DNA of 64,000 nucleotides, from the IMG/VR virus record IMGVR_UViG_3300038345_000144; one strand, written 5' to 3'. The notes beneath the pieces are model-generated. The model did no database searches and was not told the DNA's origin. It saw nothing but the letters and a program-made list of their open reading frames with translations. The position numbers and the translations under genes were made by a program. Origin of the DNA: a virus. Taxonomy: Duplodnaviria; Caudoviricetes. This document shows positions 45,487 to 55,472 of the stretch, in pieces; within the stretch, counting starts at the first letter, position 1, and each line of letters begins with the position of its first letter.

Positions 45487-46188
45487 TTAACCAATCGGGT
45501 CTGGGTCTTCAGGAGAAGGAGAGTTCGTCTGGGTAGGTGGAGCAAGGGCTATATCAAAAGCCAGCCACGATACCTGTGAAGCGTCCCCAATAACACAAGT
45601 TCCCATATATCCGCTACGATACTGCGTGTTATACACATAAATATCAATGATTGAGTTGTTTTCTGTTGAGATTACTCCGTCAACGATACGCAATTCAACG
45701 CAAGGAGTATCATCTCCAAGAGAGATGTTCTCATAAATATACTCATCTTCATCAAGGAATTTTGAGTTAACTACCTGACCGTCCTTATCGAACTCCGCAT
45801 ATCTGATAAATACACTGGTATTTTCACCGTAAGGGTCTACCAATGCCTCATCTGCATTAAAGGCAACCTGTAATACTACGGGAGTGCCAAGCGGAACCGT
45901 AGGTAAATTCCTGCCGTCCTTTGTCTTTGCTCTCTCGGAGTTTCTGAACTCAATGGACTTTATATTCAGGTCGATTACCTGATAAGCGTCACCAATAAGG
46001 TCATCAATACCCGTTGTAGTCGGAGTTGGCTCGGAGGTTTCTGTTGTACTCTCGGTAGTAGCCGTTGTTTCTACTGTTGTAGGTACTGGGTCAAATGTAG
46101 GCTCTGTTTCTGGTGTTTTAGAAGCACAAGCCACACAAGACAGCATACTTGCTATAATAATTCCTGATAAAATCTTCTTCATATACAT
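45487..46188 (-). CDS. putative lipoprotein (paralog of 43904..44578)
   Basis: CVAC lipobox; Thr/Pro linker; TKDG.NLP and IGDASQVSW shared. Confidence 0.8.
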   Translation of the reverse strand: MYMKKILSGIIIASMLSCVACASKTPETEPTFDPVPTTVETTATTESTTETSEPTPTTTGIDDLIGDAYQVIDLNIKSIEFRNSERAKTKDGRNLPTVPLGTPVVLQVAFNADEALVDPYGENTSVFIRYAEFDKDGQVVNSKFLDEDEYIYENISLGDDTPCVELRIVDGVISTENNSIIDIYVYNTQYRSGYMGTCVIGDASQVSWLAFDIALAPPTQTNSPSPEDPDPIG

Positions 46189-46200
46189 AAATTCCTTTCG

Positions 46201-46959
46201 TTATTTCCTATTTATCCAGTTGGTAAAGACTTCAGAGTTCCTAAATACCTGGAATTTCTGTGCGTCATTACCTGATTTTACAATACCTTCGCCTTTATGT
46301 GTAGGGTCAATTTCAGGATTACTCTTACTCTCGGCAAAGAATAATTGTTTAGCGTTGGTGTGGTCCGTACCTAAAATTACTGGGAAAGACTCGTTAACAT
46401 ACGGAAGAGCATAATCATACTTCTGCTCCGATACGCCCCTACACTCAATAATTAAGTGAATATTCGGATATTTCTGGGCAAGGTCAAAGAGCCTTTGCTC
46501 AAGTTTATGGTTGGGGTAGTCGTCCCAAAAACAGGTAATATCAGGCACAAAGACAAATATATCGAAGTGATAAGCGTCGCCAAATGAATTGGTCTTGGGT
46601 TGAGCCATTTTTTCAATGTCCTCAAAGAACTCATCTTGGTCTTCTGTACGGGTAAACAAAGTGTCCCTCATCAGTTTTCTGTACTCAAAGAGGTCAACTC
46701 TCGTTATGTCAATACCATACAGCACAGAGTTGGTGTGATAATATTTAGTCAACTCATCAACCACATTTCGTATCATATAGGAAGTTCCTGCCCCAGCACC
46801 TCCGATAATAAAGAGGTTCTTTAACTTCTCATAGTCCCAGAAGATTACCTCATCATCGGCATATCCTACTGGAATAAGATGTGGATGGTTTTTAAGATTA
46901 AAGCCTACTGCAAAATCAGTAAAGGTTCTTTCTGCCTTTCGCTTACTAAATCCGAACAT
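46201..46959 (-). CDS. FtsK/HerA-like P-loop protein with degenerate Walker A
   Basis: IPVG....WD...NLFIIGGAGAGTS (Lys absent), GIDIT, IHLII, GEGIV. Confidence 0.55.
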   Translation of the reverse strand: MFGFSKRKAERTFTDFAVGFNLKNHPHLIPVGYADDEVIFWDYEKLKNLFIIGGAGAGTSYMIRNVVDELTKYYHTNSVLYGIDITRVDLFEYRKLMRDTLFTRTEDQDEFFEDIEKMAQPKTNSFGDAYHFDIFVFVPDITCFWDDYPNHKLEQRLFDLAQKYPNIHLIIECRGVSEQKYDYALPYVNESFPVILGTDHTNAKQLFFAESKSNPEIDPTHKGEGIVKSGNDAQKFQVFRNSEVFTNWINRK

Positions 46960-46975
46960 ATTATCAATTCCTTTC

Positions 46976-47746
46976 TTAAATGGTTGCCAAATGTCTTTCT
47001 ATATACTCTACTGTCTCTGGGACTTCTGAATAGGTTTCCCAGTAGTCAAGTATCATATTTTGATATACACTCGCCCAGTATTCATTAACATCTGATATTT
47101 CGTGTCCGTCACCTATGGACACACAATCAGTAAAGTTATACTTCTCTTTATTGAAAATATTGACGAACTCATCGGTCTCTGATGCCCAATCAAATTCATA
47201 ATCAAGGGCGTGACCCAGTTCGTGAATAGCAGAACGGTGGATAGACCACTCATCTGCCCTAATATAGATTGTACGCTCACGGTAGATAGTCAGACCACAA
47301 ATGCTTACTGAATATCCATAACGGGAGCCAAAGTCCTCATCCGTCAGGTCAAATGTCCAGCCGTCATCATAGAGAAACTGAAGATGGTTATAGGGAACTT
47401 TTGCCAATTCTTCATCAAAAATGTTCCCTAAATCAACTGGTTCTTCATAATCTTCTTCTTCAGGTTCTTCCTCAATTTCAACAAAATTAAAAATCGGGGT
47501 AACATACTCAATCTCGTTCATCAAGTTACCACGCTTGAGCATTTCCTGACGCTCAATCACCTTTTCTGTCGGTGTTGGGGACGGGGACGGAATGATTATC
47601 TCAAAATCATTTAACTGTTTGCTTACTCTTAATGTTTCCTCGGAGCAGTCAATAGATGCCTTCTCATCATATCCAAAATTATTGTTGGCAAAAATAATCA
47701 CAACGATAAACGCCGTGATGAAAGAGGCTAATACCTTCTTTATCAT
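46976..47746 (-). CDS. secreted or membrane-anchored zinc metalloprotease (anthrax lethal factor/Pro-Pro endopeptidase-like)
   Basis: signal-like N-terminus; HELGHALD plus downstream EYWA. Confidence 0.75.
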   Translation of the reverse strand: MIKKVLASFITAFIVVIIFANNNFGYDEKASIDCSEETLRVSKQLNDFEIIIPSPSPTPTEKVIERQEMLKRGNLMNEIEYVTPIFNFVEIEEEPEEEDYEEPVDLGNIFDEELAKVPYNHLQFLYDDGWTFDLTDEDFGSRYGYSVSICGLTIYRERTIYIRADEWSIHRSAIHELGHALDYEFDWASETDEFVNIFNKEKYNFTDCVSIGDGHEISDVNEYWASVYQNMILDYWETYSEVPETVEYIERHLATI

Positions 47747-47772
47747 CTATTTTAATTTCCTCTCAAATCTGA

Positions 47773-47988
47773 TTAAAATATAATATCGTCAAGGAACCCG
47801 CCATAAAGCGTACATCCCTTTTCTCTCAACATCTCGGCAAACTTATCATAGTCGTTATACTCATCGCCTTCATCGCTCCTGCACTGGTCAGCAATTTTGG
47901 CAATTTCGTCATAGGACAATTCAGTAATGATTACCCCTGTGATATTCTCATTTTCGTGTGGGTCACGGATTAAAATACAATTCTGCAT
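47773..47988 (-). CDS. hypothetical protein
   Basis: AGGAG RBS. Confidence 0.6.
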   Translation of the reverse strand: MQNCILIRDPHENENITGVIITELSYDEIAKIADQCRSDEGDEYNDYDKFAEMLREKGCTLYGGFLDDIIF

Positions 47989-48015
47989 AATGATTTCTCC
48001 TTTTTTATTGCAATC

Positions 48016-48051
48016 AAAAAGTCACACTACACCAATACAGTGCAGTGTGAC
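48016..48051 (-). terminator. intrinsic terminator
   Basis: gtcacact/agtgtgac stem followed by T-run on minus strand. Confidence 0.6.
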
Positions 48052-48066
48052 CTTGATAGGTTAAGA

Positions 48067-48324
48067 TTAACGATTGAGTTCCTTTTCGTATGCCTCGTAG
48101 TAAGCAACGAAAGCACCCATAGCGTCAAGTGTGGCATTTGAGTCCTTTGCGTTCTTGGAGTCTCTACTTGCTTCGGTCATACCAGTAATTAGGCTCTCAA
48201 TATCGTTCTTTCCAATCCTCTCGACAATCTTTGTAGCAGAAAGATAACCCTCTGTCTTGTAGATGTTTATATCCTTCTCCTTACAGCCCTCTTTAATCTT
48301 TGCGTAAATGTCTTTTATTTGCAT
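48067..48324 (-). CDS. hypothetical protein
   Basis: AGGAGGAG RBS. Confidence 0.65.
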   Translation of the reverse strand: MQIKDIYAKIKEGCKEKDINIYKTEGYLSATKIVERIGKNDIESLITGMTEASRDSKNAKDSNATLDAMGAFVAYYEAYEKELNR

Positions 48325-48351
48325 ACTTTCTCCTCCTTTTAATTTTCACCC

Positions 48352-49866
48352 TTAATTATTTGTTTGAATGTAAGCAATAATAGCGTTCTTATCGTTCTCT
48401 AATCGCTCATAGATAACTTCATTTAAGACCTTGTTTAAGATTTCACCAACTTCTTTTCCTTTATAGCCTAAAGCCATAACATCATTTCCGTTCACGGCTA
48501 AATCTTTTATATTATAACAATCATTCTTGACTTTGTTAATAGGTATCGTGAGGTCTTTTCCTTTAATTTTACCAAGTCGATACAATTGTTCTTCACCAAT
48601 CTGGTTAAGCCATAATTTTATGTTAATGCTGTTATCTTCTTCAATACCATAGTCTCTCCACTTAACCAACTGAATAACACTATCTCTTGTTTCACCGTCA
48701 AACTTCAGGTCGTTCATTACGGTTTCAGCATCTTCTATTGTCCTGAACATTGTAGCAAATTTAGTAATAATATCCTCTGACTCTACTCTTGCATTGATAA
48801 TAAATCCATCAACTCCCATTACATAAGCAAGGATTGGAGCGTAGTCTGATAATACTCTAAAGAAGCGTGGTGATTTAGCCATCTTAATCAACTCGGCGTT
48901 AATTCGTTCTTTTGATACTTTCTTTAAGTTCGGATATAACTTAAAAATCGCCCACTTTGTCTCATCATCAATTTCAAAATCAAACACGGCGGCGAACCTG
49001 ATGGCTCTCATAATTCGGAGAGCGTCCTCGTTGAACCTATCCACAGGTGAACCTACGGCTCTTACTTTTCTGCTGTAAATATCAGAGCAACCGTCAAAAG
49101 GGTCTACAACATCACCGTTATTGTCCAAAGCAATAGCGTTCATTGTGAAGTCTCTTCTCTTTAGGTCTTCTACTACATCACCAGTAAAGGCAACGCTGTC
49201 TGGGTGTCTGCCATCTGAATAATCCCCATCAATTCGATAGGTAGTAATCTCATAGCCTTCACCGTTTCTCATTACCGTAACTGTACCGTGCTTTAAGCCT
49301 GTTTCGATGATTTTATGGTCTTCAAAAACCTTTTCCACCTGGTCAGGCTTTGCTGATGTGGTAATGTCCCAATCGTGAGGGTCTCTTTTCATTGAAGCGT
49401 CACGAACACAGCCTCCGACTACATAAGCCGAATATCCAGCGTCGTTAAGTCTTTTAAGAATAAAAGAAACATCTTCAGGCTTCTTTGTACCCTTTAATTT
49501 AGCCTTTTCTGTGTCCTCAATGATATACTGAAGGTCAACCGAGCCGTGAAAACCAACCCAAGTGTTAAAATCACCGAGAGTCAATTCAGCGTTCTTAAAA
49601 CCTCTGGAAACATCAACTTCCCAAGTCTGACTTAAAACAAAATCTACAAAGTCATCTTCGAAAGTATCTACCTTTGATACCTTGTAATTATCATCAAGTC
49701 TACCCAATATAGTAAACAGCGTTCCGTTTTTTTGCGGTCCAATGTGTAATTCCTGTATGGGTAGTTGTTGTTTTTCTACAAAGAGTTTTACCGCTTGTTG
49801 TAGAAACTCCTCGTATATAGTTGTTTCTTCATTTATCTTATCCATACTTTTCTTCCTTTTTATCAT
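48352..49866 (-). CDS. cca: CCA-adding tRNA nucleotidyltransferase (class II) with ~130-aa N-terminal extension
   Basis: VGGCVRD, DWDITT, EITTYR.DG.YSDGRHP, DLKRRDFTMNA, EDALRIMRAIRF, ERI..EL. Confidence 0.9.
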   Translation of the reverse strand: MIKRKKSMDKINEETTIYEEFLQQAVKLFVEKQQLPIQELHIGPQKNGTLFTILGRLDDNYKVSKVDTFEDDFVDFVLSQTWEVDVSRGFKNAELTLGDFNTWVGFHGSVDLQYIIEDTEKAKLKGTKKPEDVSFILKRLNDAGYSAYVVGGCVRDASMKRDPHDWDITTSAKPDQVEKVFEDHKIIETGLKHGTVTVMRNGEGYEITTYRIDGDYSDGRHPDSVAFTGDVVEDLKRRDFTMNAIALDNNGDVVDPFDGCSDIYSRKVRAVGSPVDRFNEDALRIMRAIRFAAVFDFEIDDETKWAIFKLYPNLKKVSKERINAELIKMAKSPRFFRVLSDYAPILAYVMGVDGFIINARVESEDIITKFATMFRTIEDAETVMNDLKFDGETRDSVIQLVKWRDYGIEEDNSINIKLWLNQIGEEQLYRLGKIKGKDLTIPINKVKNDCYNIKDLAVNGNDVMALGYKGKEVGEILNKVLNEVIYERLENDKNAIIAYIQTNN

Positions 49867-52151
49867 TCATCTTGTTCATCATCAGTATAGCCGTTGTCCC
49901 AAGCCAAGCGTAATTTAGCCTGATTATTTTCGGCATCACGGTACTTCTTTACCGTAGAGTTAAACAAGGCTGTAAAATAACCTAATACACGACCATCAAT
50001 AACACGACCTTCTACCATAAAGGTATAAAAAATCACTTCAAGTTGGTCATCATTTGCTAATACATCAACAATAATAGAAGATACATCTTTTCCGTCATTA
50101 TAGACCTGAATAAGTCCACAACTCTTTATATCCGCTACTATATCATCTATATCAGCCTTAATCTTACAGCCAGAAGCAAATTTAGCCGTTTTCTTAATGG
50201 CATTTTTACTGCTCATCAACTTGGCTTTTTGGGCTACGGTCAACTTTGTTCTTTTAATATAATTTTTTACTGTTGATACAGGTATTTGTTCAAGTATCTC
50301 ATCAGACAAGTCAGCCTCTAAAACCTTATCTATATAGTGTTTGTCTATCTTTTGAGCAATTTTAATGATTTTCTTTGCGTTATACTCATTGATGTCCCTT
50401 ACACTATAAATTAAAGACGCATACTTAATGACCTTGTTTCTTATTTCTTTGGAATTAGTTGTAATGTCTTGATAAGTAGTCTCCGTGGCTAATTTATGTA
50501 TCATCATACGCATAACATCATCATCTGATTGCTTTGATACTAATAGTTTTTTCAAGAAGTTAAAATAAGTATCAGATACATCAATTTCCTCAATGCCGTC
50601 AATTCCTCGTACCAACAATGACCTGTTTTCCACACAAAAATCATAAATCTGGTCAAAAAATTGATTAACTACCTTTGGCTCTAACCAACTTTGATACCTA
50701 CATAACAGGTTTAATAAAGAACTATTATATATGTCTTCAAAATGTTTATCATCTAAATAAGAATTAAAACAAGTTGCTAAAATTTCAGAAAACGAGGTAT
50801 CGACTAATCTGCGTCTAAAATAATACCACTCATAATCACTCTTGTCATAAGTTTTATTATATTTTGAGGCTATCATAGTCTTAATAACATCAATACCAGT
50901 CAATACCTTTGTATAGTCGTTATCCTGAATGTCCAATACCGCCGATACCTGGGCAATCTTGTTCTTTAATATTGGGGTGTTTTCAGCAATTCGCTTTTGT
51001 CTTTCTTGCTCTTCTTGTTGTATTTTCTTTTGTCTTTCTTCTTCGGCTTTTTTGGCTTCTTCGGCTCGTTGTTTTGCTCTGCCTGAAACCAAATCCTCTA
51101 TTTCAGACTGGCTTAAAGTTCTATATGAGTTATCAACTTTTTGAAATCCAAATTGCCTGATGGTTCTATGGTCGCCATAGTAAGAATATAATGGAGCACT
51201 GCTATCCTTTTTATAAGAAGCATAGAGGCTTAATATATAGCACCCATTACCATAAAAATCGGCAAACAAATTCCAATGATAATATGGATGGTTGGCTTGT
51301 GGAATATATTTAACAATATCGGCTCCCCACATATTTAATGATTTTTTATCTTTATTATAAGATAACCAAGCATTTCGTAATTCATTATTAGATATATCTA
51401 ATAACTCAAATGCTTCTTTAGGGTCAGTTCTTTGAGAATTAAACCAAAACGCATTATCTCGTTTTTCAATAGTAGTTACTCTGATATGCCCATCTTTTTC
51501 TAACATCTCAAATGGAGTACCATCAATAATATGATATGCTAACTGGCGTAAAGTACCCTTATTAACCGCACTTAACACCTTTGGTACATAGATTTTGTTT
51601 TCCTTTTGTTTAAGATGCTCCCCTAAAATAACATCAGCAAAAATGCTAATATATTCCGCACTATCAGTAGTTTCAACTTTATACTCAAAGGGTTTTTCCC
51701 ATTGACTTTCGGTTTGAGACTTCCATAATGACGATATTTTTTGCTCTTGTCCAAAAAGCGTATCATCCGTAGACTCATCTATGAATTCGGAACCGTCACA
51801 ACGAGATTTAATAAAACTTTGATATATATGCCCAATATACTTTTCTGCTGATGTTTCGAGTGCTATTCCAAGATGTCCATATATATAGCCCTTATAAATA
51901 TAAACTGATATACATAAGTCTATATTGTAATTTGAGGAGGGTACAGTGTCCAGTTGTATGCCAAACCTATCAATTGGCTCATATCCCATACAATATCCTG
52001 ATAAAGCAGATGGAGTTCTTGTAAAAACCTGTTCTAATGCTTTATCATATATATAATTAAGTTTAGATTTAACTTCGGCTATTATTGGAGCATAATCGGT
52101 ATTTGTATCATTCAATTCCCATACATTTTTCATACTAAACCTCTCTCTCAA
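49863..52151 (-). CDS. large AT-rich hypothetical protein with central coiled coil
   Basis: 762-aa ORF; no motif recognised. Confidence 0.75.
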   Translation of the reverse strand: MRERFSMKNVWELNDTNTDYAPIIAEVKSKLNYIYDKALEQVFTRTPSALSGYCMGYEPIDRFGIQLDTVPSSNYNIDLCISVYIYKGYIYGHLGIALETSAEKYIGHIYQSFIKSRCDGSEFIDESTDDTLFGQEQKISSLWKSQTESQWEKPFEYKVETTDSAEYISIFADVILGEHLKQKENKIYVPKVLSAVNKGTLRQLAYHIIDGTPFEMLEKDGHIRVTTIEKRDNAFWFNSQRTDPKEAFELLDISNNELRNAWLSYNKDKKSLNMWGADIVKYIPQANHPYYHWNLFADFYGNGCYILSLYASYKKDSSAPLYSYYGDHRTIRQFGFQKVDNSYRTLSQSEIEDLVSGRAKQRAEEAKKAEEERQKKIQQEEQERQKRIAENTPILKNKIAQVSAVLDIQDNDYTKVLTGIDVIKTMIASKYNKTYDKSDYEWYYFRRRLVDTSFSEILATCFNSYLDDKHFEDIYNSSLLNLLCRYQSWLEPKVVNQFFDQIYDFCVENRSLLVRGIDGIEEIDVSDTYFNFLKKLLVSKQSDDDVMRMMIHKLATETTYQDITTNSKEIRNKVIKYASLIYSVRDINEYNAKKIIKIAQKIDKHYIDKVLEADLSDEILEQIPVSTVKNYIKRTKLTVAQKAKLMSSKNAIKKTAKFASGCKIKADIDDIVADIKSCGLIQVYNDGKDVSSIIVDVLANDDQLEVIFYTFMVEGRVIDGRVLGYFTALFNSTVKKYRDAENNQAKLRLAWDNGYTDDEQDE

Positions 52152-52152
52152 T

Positions 52153-52186
52153 AAAAAGCACCCTTTATAGTATTAAAGAGTGCTTA
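52153..52186 (-). terminator. intrinsic terminator
   Basis: aagcaccctt/aagagtgctt stem with T-run on minus strand. Confidence 0.55.
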
Positions 52187-52242
52187 CTTACATTTATATT
52201 ATATATAAATAGTCGTTCAGTTAACCAATCACGGCATATAGA

Positions 52243-54480
52243 CTACTGTAATGCCTTCTTTTTCCGCTTATTCTCAATCTTGCATAATACCGAGTCTGCC
52301 CACCACCAAAAGAGTCTAACTATGCACACAATTAAAAGCAACCCCAAAATCGCCCCAAGAAATTGTATAAACAACACGAATATCACATAAAAGACAGGCA
52401 TATTCCACGCTACACTTAAATCTGTTACCCAGTCGCCTAACAAAACACAAATAACATAGAGACTGCCAATGAAACTGGCTAATGCTCCAACGACCCCTAA
52501 CATAAGAGCCAGCATTATGCCAAACTGTTTCAATGGTCTTTTGAGTTCCAATTTTTTATTCATTATCACGATACCTCCTCTATGGTTTGAAACTGATAAT
52601 GACACCACAGGTTTTTTAATTCATCATAAGTAAAGGTGATAGTCATATCAGACGGCTCTTTGTTAGCCTCAAGTACCTTCTCAAAGAGTTTTTGCTTAAT
52701 AGTAATATTGGTTGGTTTTTCAGGCTTACTATCTTTCGTGTCTGATGTAGGCGGGTAAGAATGAACCGTAAGCCAATATTCAATAGGACTATCCAGTGTT
52801 ATCTCATACTTCTCCCACGGCTCCTCTTTACCATCATTTATGCCTCCACAAAAGTAATACTTATCATCTTCTTTGATAATATAAGCACACCAACCACCAT
52901 AGACAATATAAAAAGTAGTACCAAGACCCATATAGTTGATTACCTCTCTTGCGGTCTTGCAATATATACCGTGTCTTGTCTCTACTTCCGACATTAAAAA
53001 CTTATCTGACATCATAAATATTAACCCTTTGTAGCCAAGTAAATTGTTTTATTCTCATCATCAATAGTACAATGATACTGACTAAACATTATCTTATCAT
53101 ACTCAACTGGCTCACTATTTAAGTAAATGTCATAGGTTTTACGCTCTTCCAAGCGTTCTTTGTTGGTTTCTTGCATTTGACTCATTTGCGTCTCATAAGT
53201 TTGTTTAGATGTTTCCCAATCAACCATATTTGTAGTAGCAACAAAACAATTTACCACAAACAAAATAGCCCAAAGCCAGCAACTACCACCTCTTTCAAAT
53301 AAAGAAGCCCCTGTCAAGACCAGACATAAAAACATCAATACTCCTGCAAAGATGCCTATAAGTAAAGCAAGTCTATCAGGCTTGGTTACAGTTTCACTCA
53401 AATAGTTCAATAAAAATTCTTCGTTAGACATTTTGTACTCCTTTTATAACATCATATATTTTTGAAATCATTAGCAGGCTACAAAGAAGCACTACTGATG
53501 CCTGTATTATACCAATCAAAATTTCACCGTTGGCAAACCAAAGTGTCGCTGAAATGGTAAAACAGATAATAGTTATCAATTTCAAAATAGCATCGGCAAT
53601 AGTAAACTGCCTCCAATTCACATAGCCCTTCTTTTTATCTTTCTTCATTAGTAATTAACTGCCTCCTGTCGTGTTATAGCGTTCATACACGCCAACCTTT
53701 CTCCATTTCTTTGTTAATTTCTACCCTTAAATCCTCTATAAACTGATTAAGGTTATTATAATAAGTGCAGGTTTTAGACATATTCAAAGTATGCTTTAGT
53801 CCGTCGTCCATCCCCAGTACAATCCTATTAGGTTCATTATCAGGCATCATTACCTTAACTAATTTTTCAGGATTGATATATAAATTAAATTCAGGTATTT
53901 TAACTAACATTTATATAACCCAACCTTTGCTCATTTCTTCACTAATGCTTTTGCGTAAATCCTCTACGAACAAATCCAGATTGTCATAATACTTACTTTC
54001 CTTTGATAAGTTTACATTACTCACCGTATCGTTATCAAAGTGAATTTCAATCTTATTGGGCGTGTCATCGTCTTTTCTTATTTTTACAATTTTTTCAGGA
54101 TTTACATATAAATCACAAGAGGCAACTTTAACTAACATTTATACTGCCTCCATTTCTTCTGTTAACTTCAACATCTTATCCTTATAATAGTCCACAATGA
54201 TTTTCCAAAGGTCCTCATCCATTGGTATATCAATACTATGTGCCAAATGGTAATTAGGCATTATATCCCAAGATTTGCTTTCCCTTCTATATCGAAGAGA
54301 ATGGAAAAAGCGAAGAAAAATAGAGTTAGTGCTATGCCCCTGTCTTTCAATTTCCTTTTTAACACGCTCGTCCTCGCTATGCTTTCTATCAGCACCATAT
54401 TGAAGGTCTTTAATAAGTTCTGCGTACTTATCACGCTCACTCTTTAATGCGGTGTACTTCTCATACTGTTCCGAAGTCAT
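52243..54480 (-). other. seven small genes including tandem paralogs 53683..53910 and 53911..54138
   Basis: both paralogs MLVK....LY.NPEK.VK...YY.NL..F.EDLR....EM.KGW. Confidence 0.75.
53021..53431 (-). CDS. membrane protein family B
   Basis: YDIYLNSEPVEYDKI...IDDENKTIYLATKG. Confidence 0.7.
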   Translation of the reverse strand: MSNEEFLLNYLSETVTKPDRLALLIGIFAGVLMFLCLVLTGASLFERGGSCWLWAILFVVNCFVATTNMVDWETSKQTYETQMSQMQETNKERLEERKTYDIYLNSEPVEYDKIMFSQYHCTIDDENKTIYLATKG

Positions 54481-54512
54481 AAAATCTCCTTTTATCTTTT
54501 TGTAATGATTAA

Positions 54513-54542
54513 ATTATATTAAAAGTGATGAATACTTGTAAA
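54513..54542 (-). promoter_or_regulatory. promoter TTTACA-N18-TATAAT
   Basis: exact hexamers. Confidence 0.75.
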
Positions 54543-54553
54543 TGGTCTCAATT

Positions 54554-54604
54554 AAAAAACCACTTTACCATTTTTGCTAAAATACAGCAATTTTGGTAAA
54601 GTGG
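54554..54604 (-). terminator. intrinsic terminator closing the transcript that carries array 2
   Basis: 11-bp stem ccactttacca/tggtaaagtgg followed by T6 on minus strand. Confidence 0.75.
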
Positions 54605-54610
54605 CGGTCT

Positions 54611-54770
54611 CAAACGCCCTCCGAACTCGGAGAAATGAAAACTAAATAGTTTCCGTTGGCGAGAAGATAGAGAAACCCCCATAAAGAGAAACCCCCATAA
54701 ATGAGGAAAACAGGTTCAGCAACCCTTACAGATTGAGTCTGTATGAAATACCCCCTGTTATGTAGGGAAC
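54611..54770 (-). CRISPR. degenerate type I-E-like mini-array 2 (3 repeats, 2 spacers, one 16-bp internal duplication)
   Basis: GTTCCCTACATAACAGGGGGTATTTCA, GTTTTCCTCATTTATGGGGGTTTCTC, CATTTCTCCGAGTTCGGAGG; spacers of 32 and 31 nt. Confidence 0.7.
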
Positions 54771-55010
54771 TTACCAATAAAGATTATAACAATCCTTATA
54801 ATCACAATCTGGGTCAGAAGAGTAAACTACCATAACCTCATACCCAAGTCGTTTTAACTCTTTTTTAGTAGCCTCACTTCTGATAGTGATTTTCTGTACG
54901 GTATTTTCACCTCTTGCGATAGCCCGCTTAATTGCACCTTCGACACATTCTATTTCGCTTTGAGCCTTTGTCAATTCAGTCATTTCCTTTGCAGTTTTAG
55001 CGTCAATCAT
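54771..55010 (-). CDS. hypothetical protein (paralog-like of 34210..34446)
   Basis: MI.AK.A.E...L..LGY.V......Y...W in both. Confidence 0.7.
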   Translation of the reverse strand: MIDAKTAKEMTELTKAQSEIECVEGAIKRAIARGENTVQKITIRSEATKKELKRLGYEVMVVYSSDPDCDYKDCYNLYW

Positions 55011-55019
55011 AATGCCTCC

Positions 55020-55472
55020 TTAAAGTTTGTAATTAAACGCTTCCAGTGTTCGTAAAAAACAGGTCATATTGGGGGATTTACCTTGTGTTTTCCACATAAC
55101 CCACCCCTTACTATCATATATCTGCATAAGTGCCGATACAATACCAGCACTACGAGAAACACCAGCGTCGCAGTGAACGATAATCATATCTACTCTTTCA
55201 AACCAATGTTTTACAAAGGCACGGACCAGCATAGCGTCTTTATGAGTCATACAATGCTCCTTTGACCCCTGTAAAAACATAAGAGGGTCATCAGCCTCTA
55301 CATCATCAAAAGCCAATGACAGAATAGCCTGTACCTTATTGGTATCAGAGCAAAATACTTTAGGCGGGTCGGTGTCCCAACTCGACTTTATAGATATAAT
55401 TATGGATTTACGAGGGTGTTTTTGATTACAAAATCTTTCGCAAGTTGCCCTCGACACTGCCTTATATATCAT
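55020..55472 (-). CDS. protein-tyrosine/dual-specificity phosphatase-like (Cx5R)
   Basis: VHCDAGVSRSAG, FDD acid loop, SPN. Confidence 0.85.
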   Translation of the reverse strand: MIYKAVSRATCERFCNQKHPRKSIIISIKSSWDTDPPKVFCSDTNKVQAILSLAFDDVEADDPLMFLQGSKEHCMTHKDAMLVRAFVKHWFERVDMIIVHCDAGVSRSAGIVSALMQIYDSKGWVMWKTQGKSPNMTCFLRTLEAFNYKL

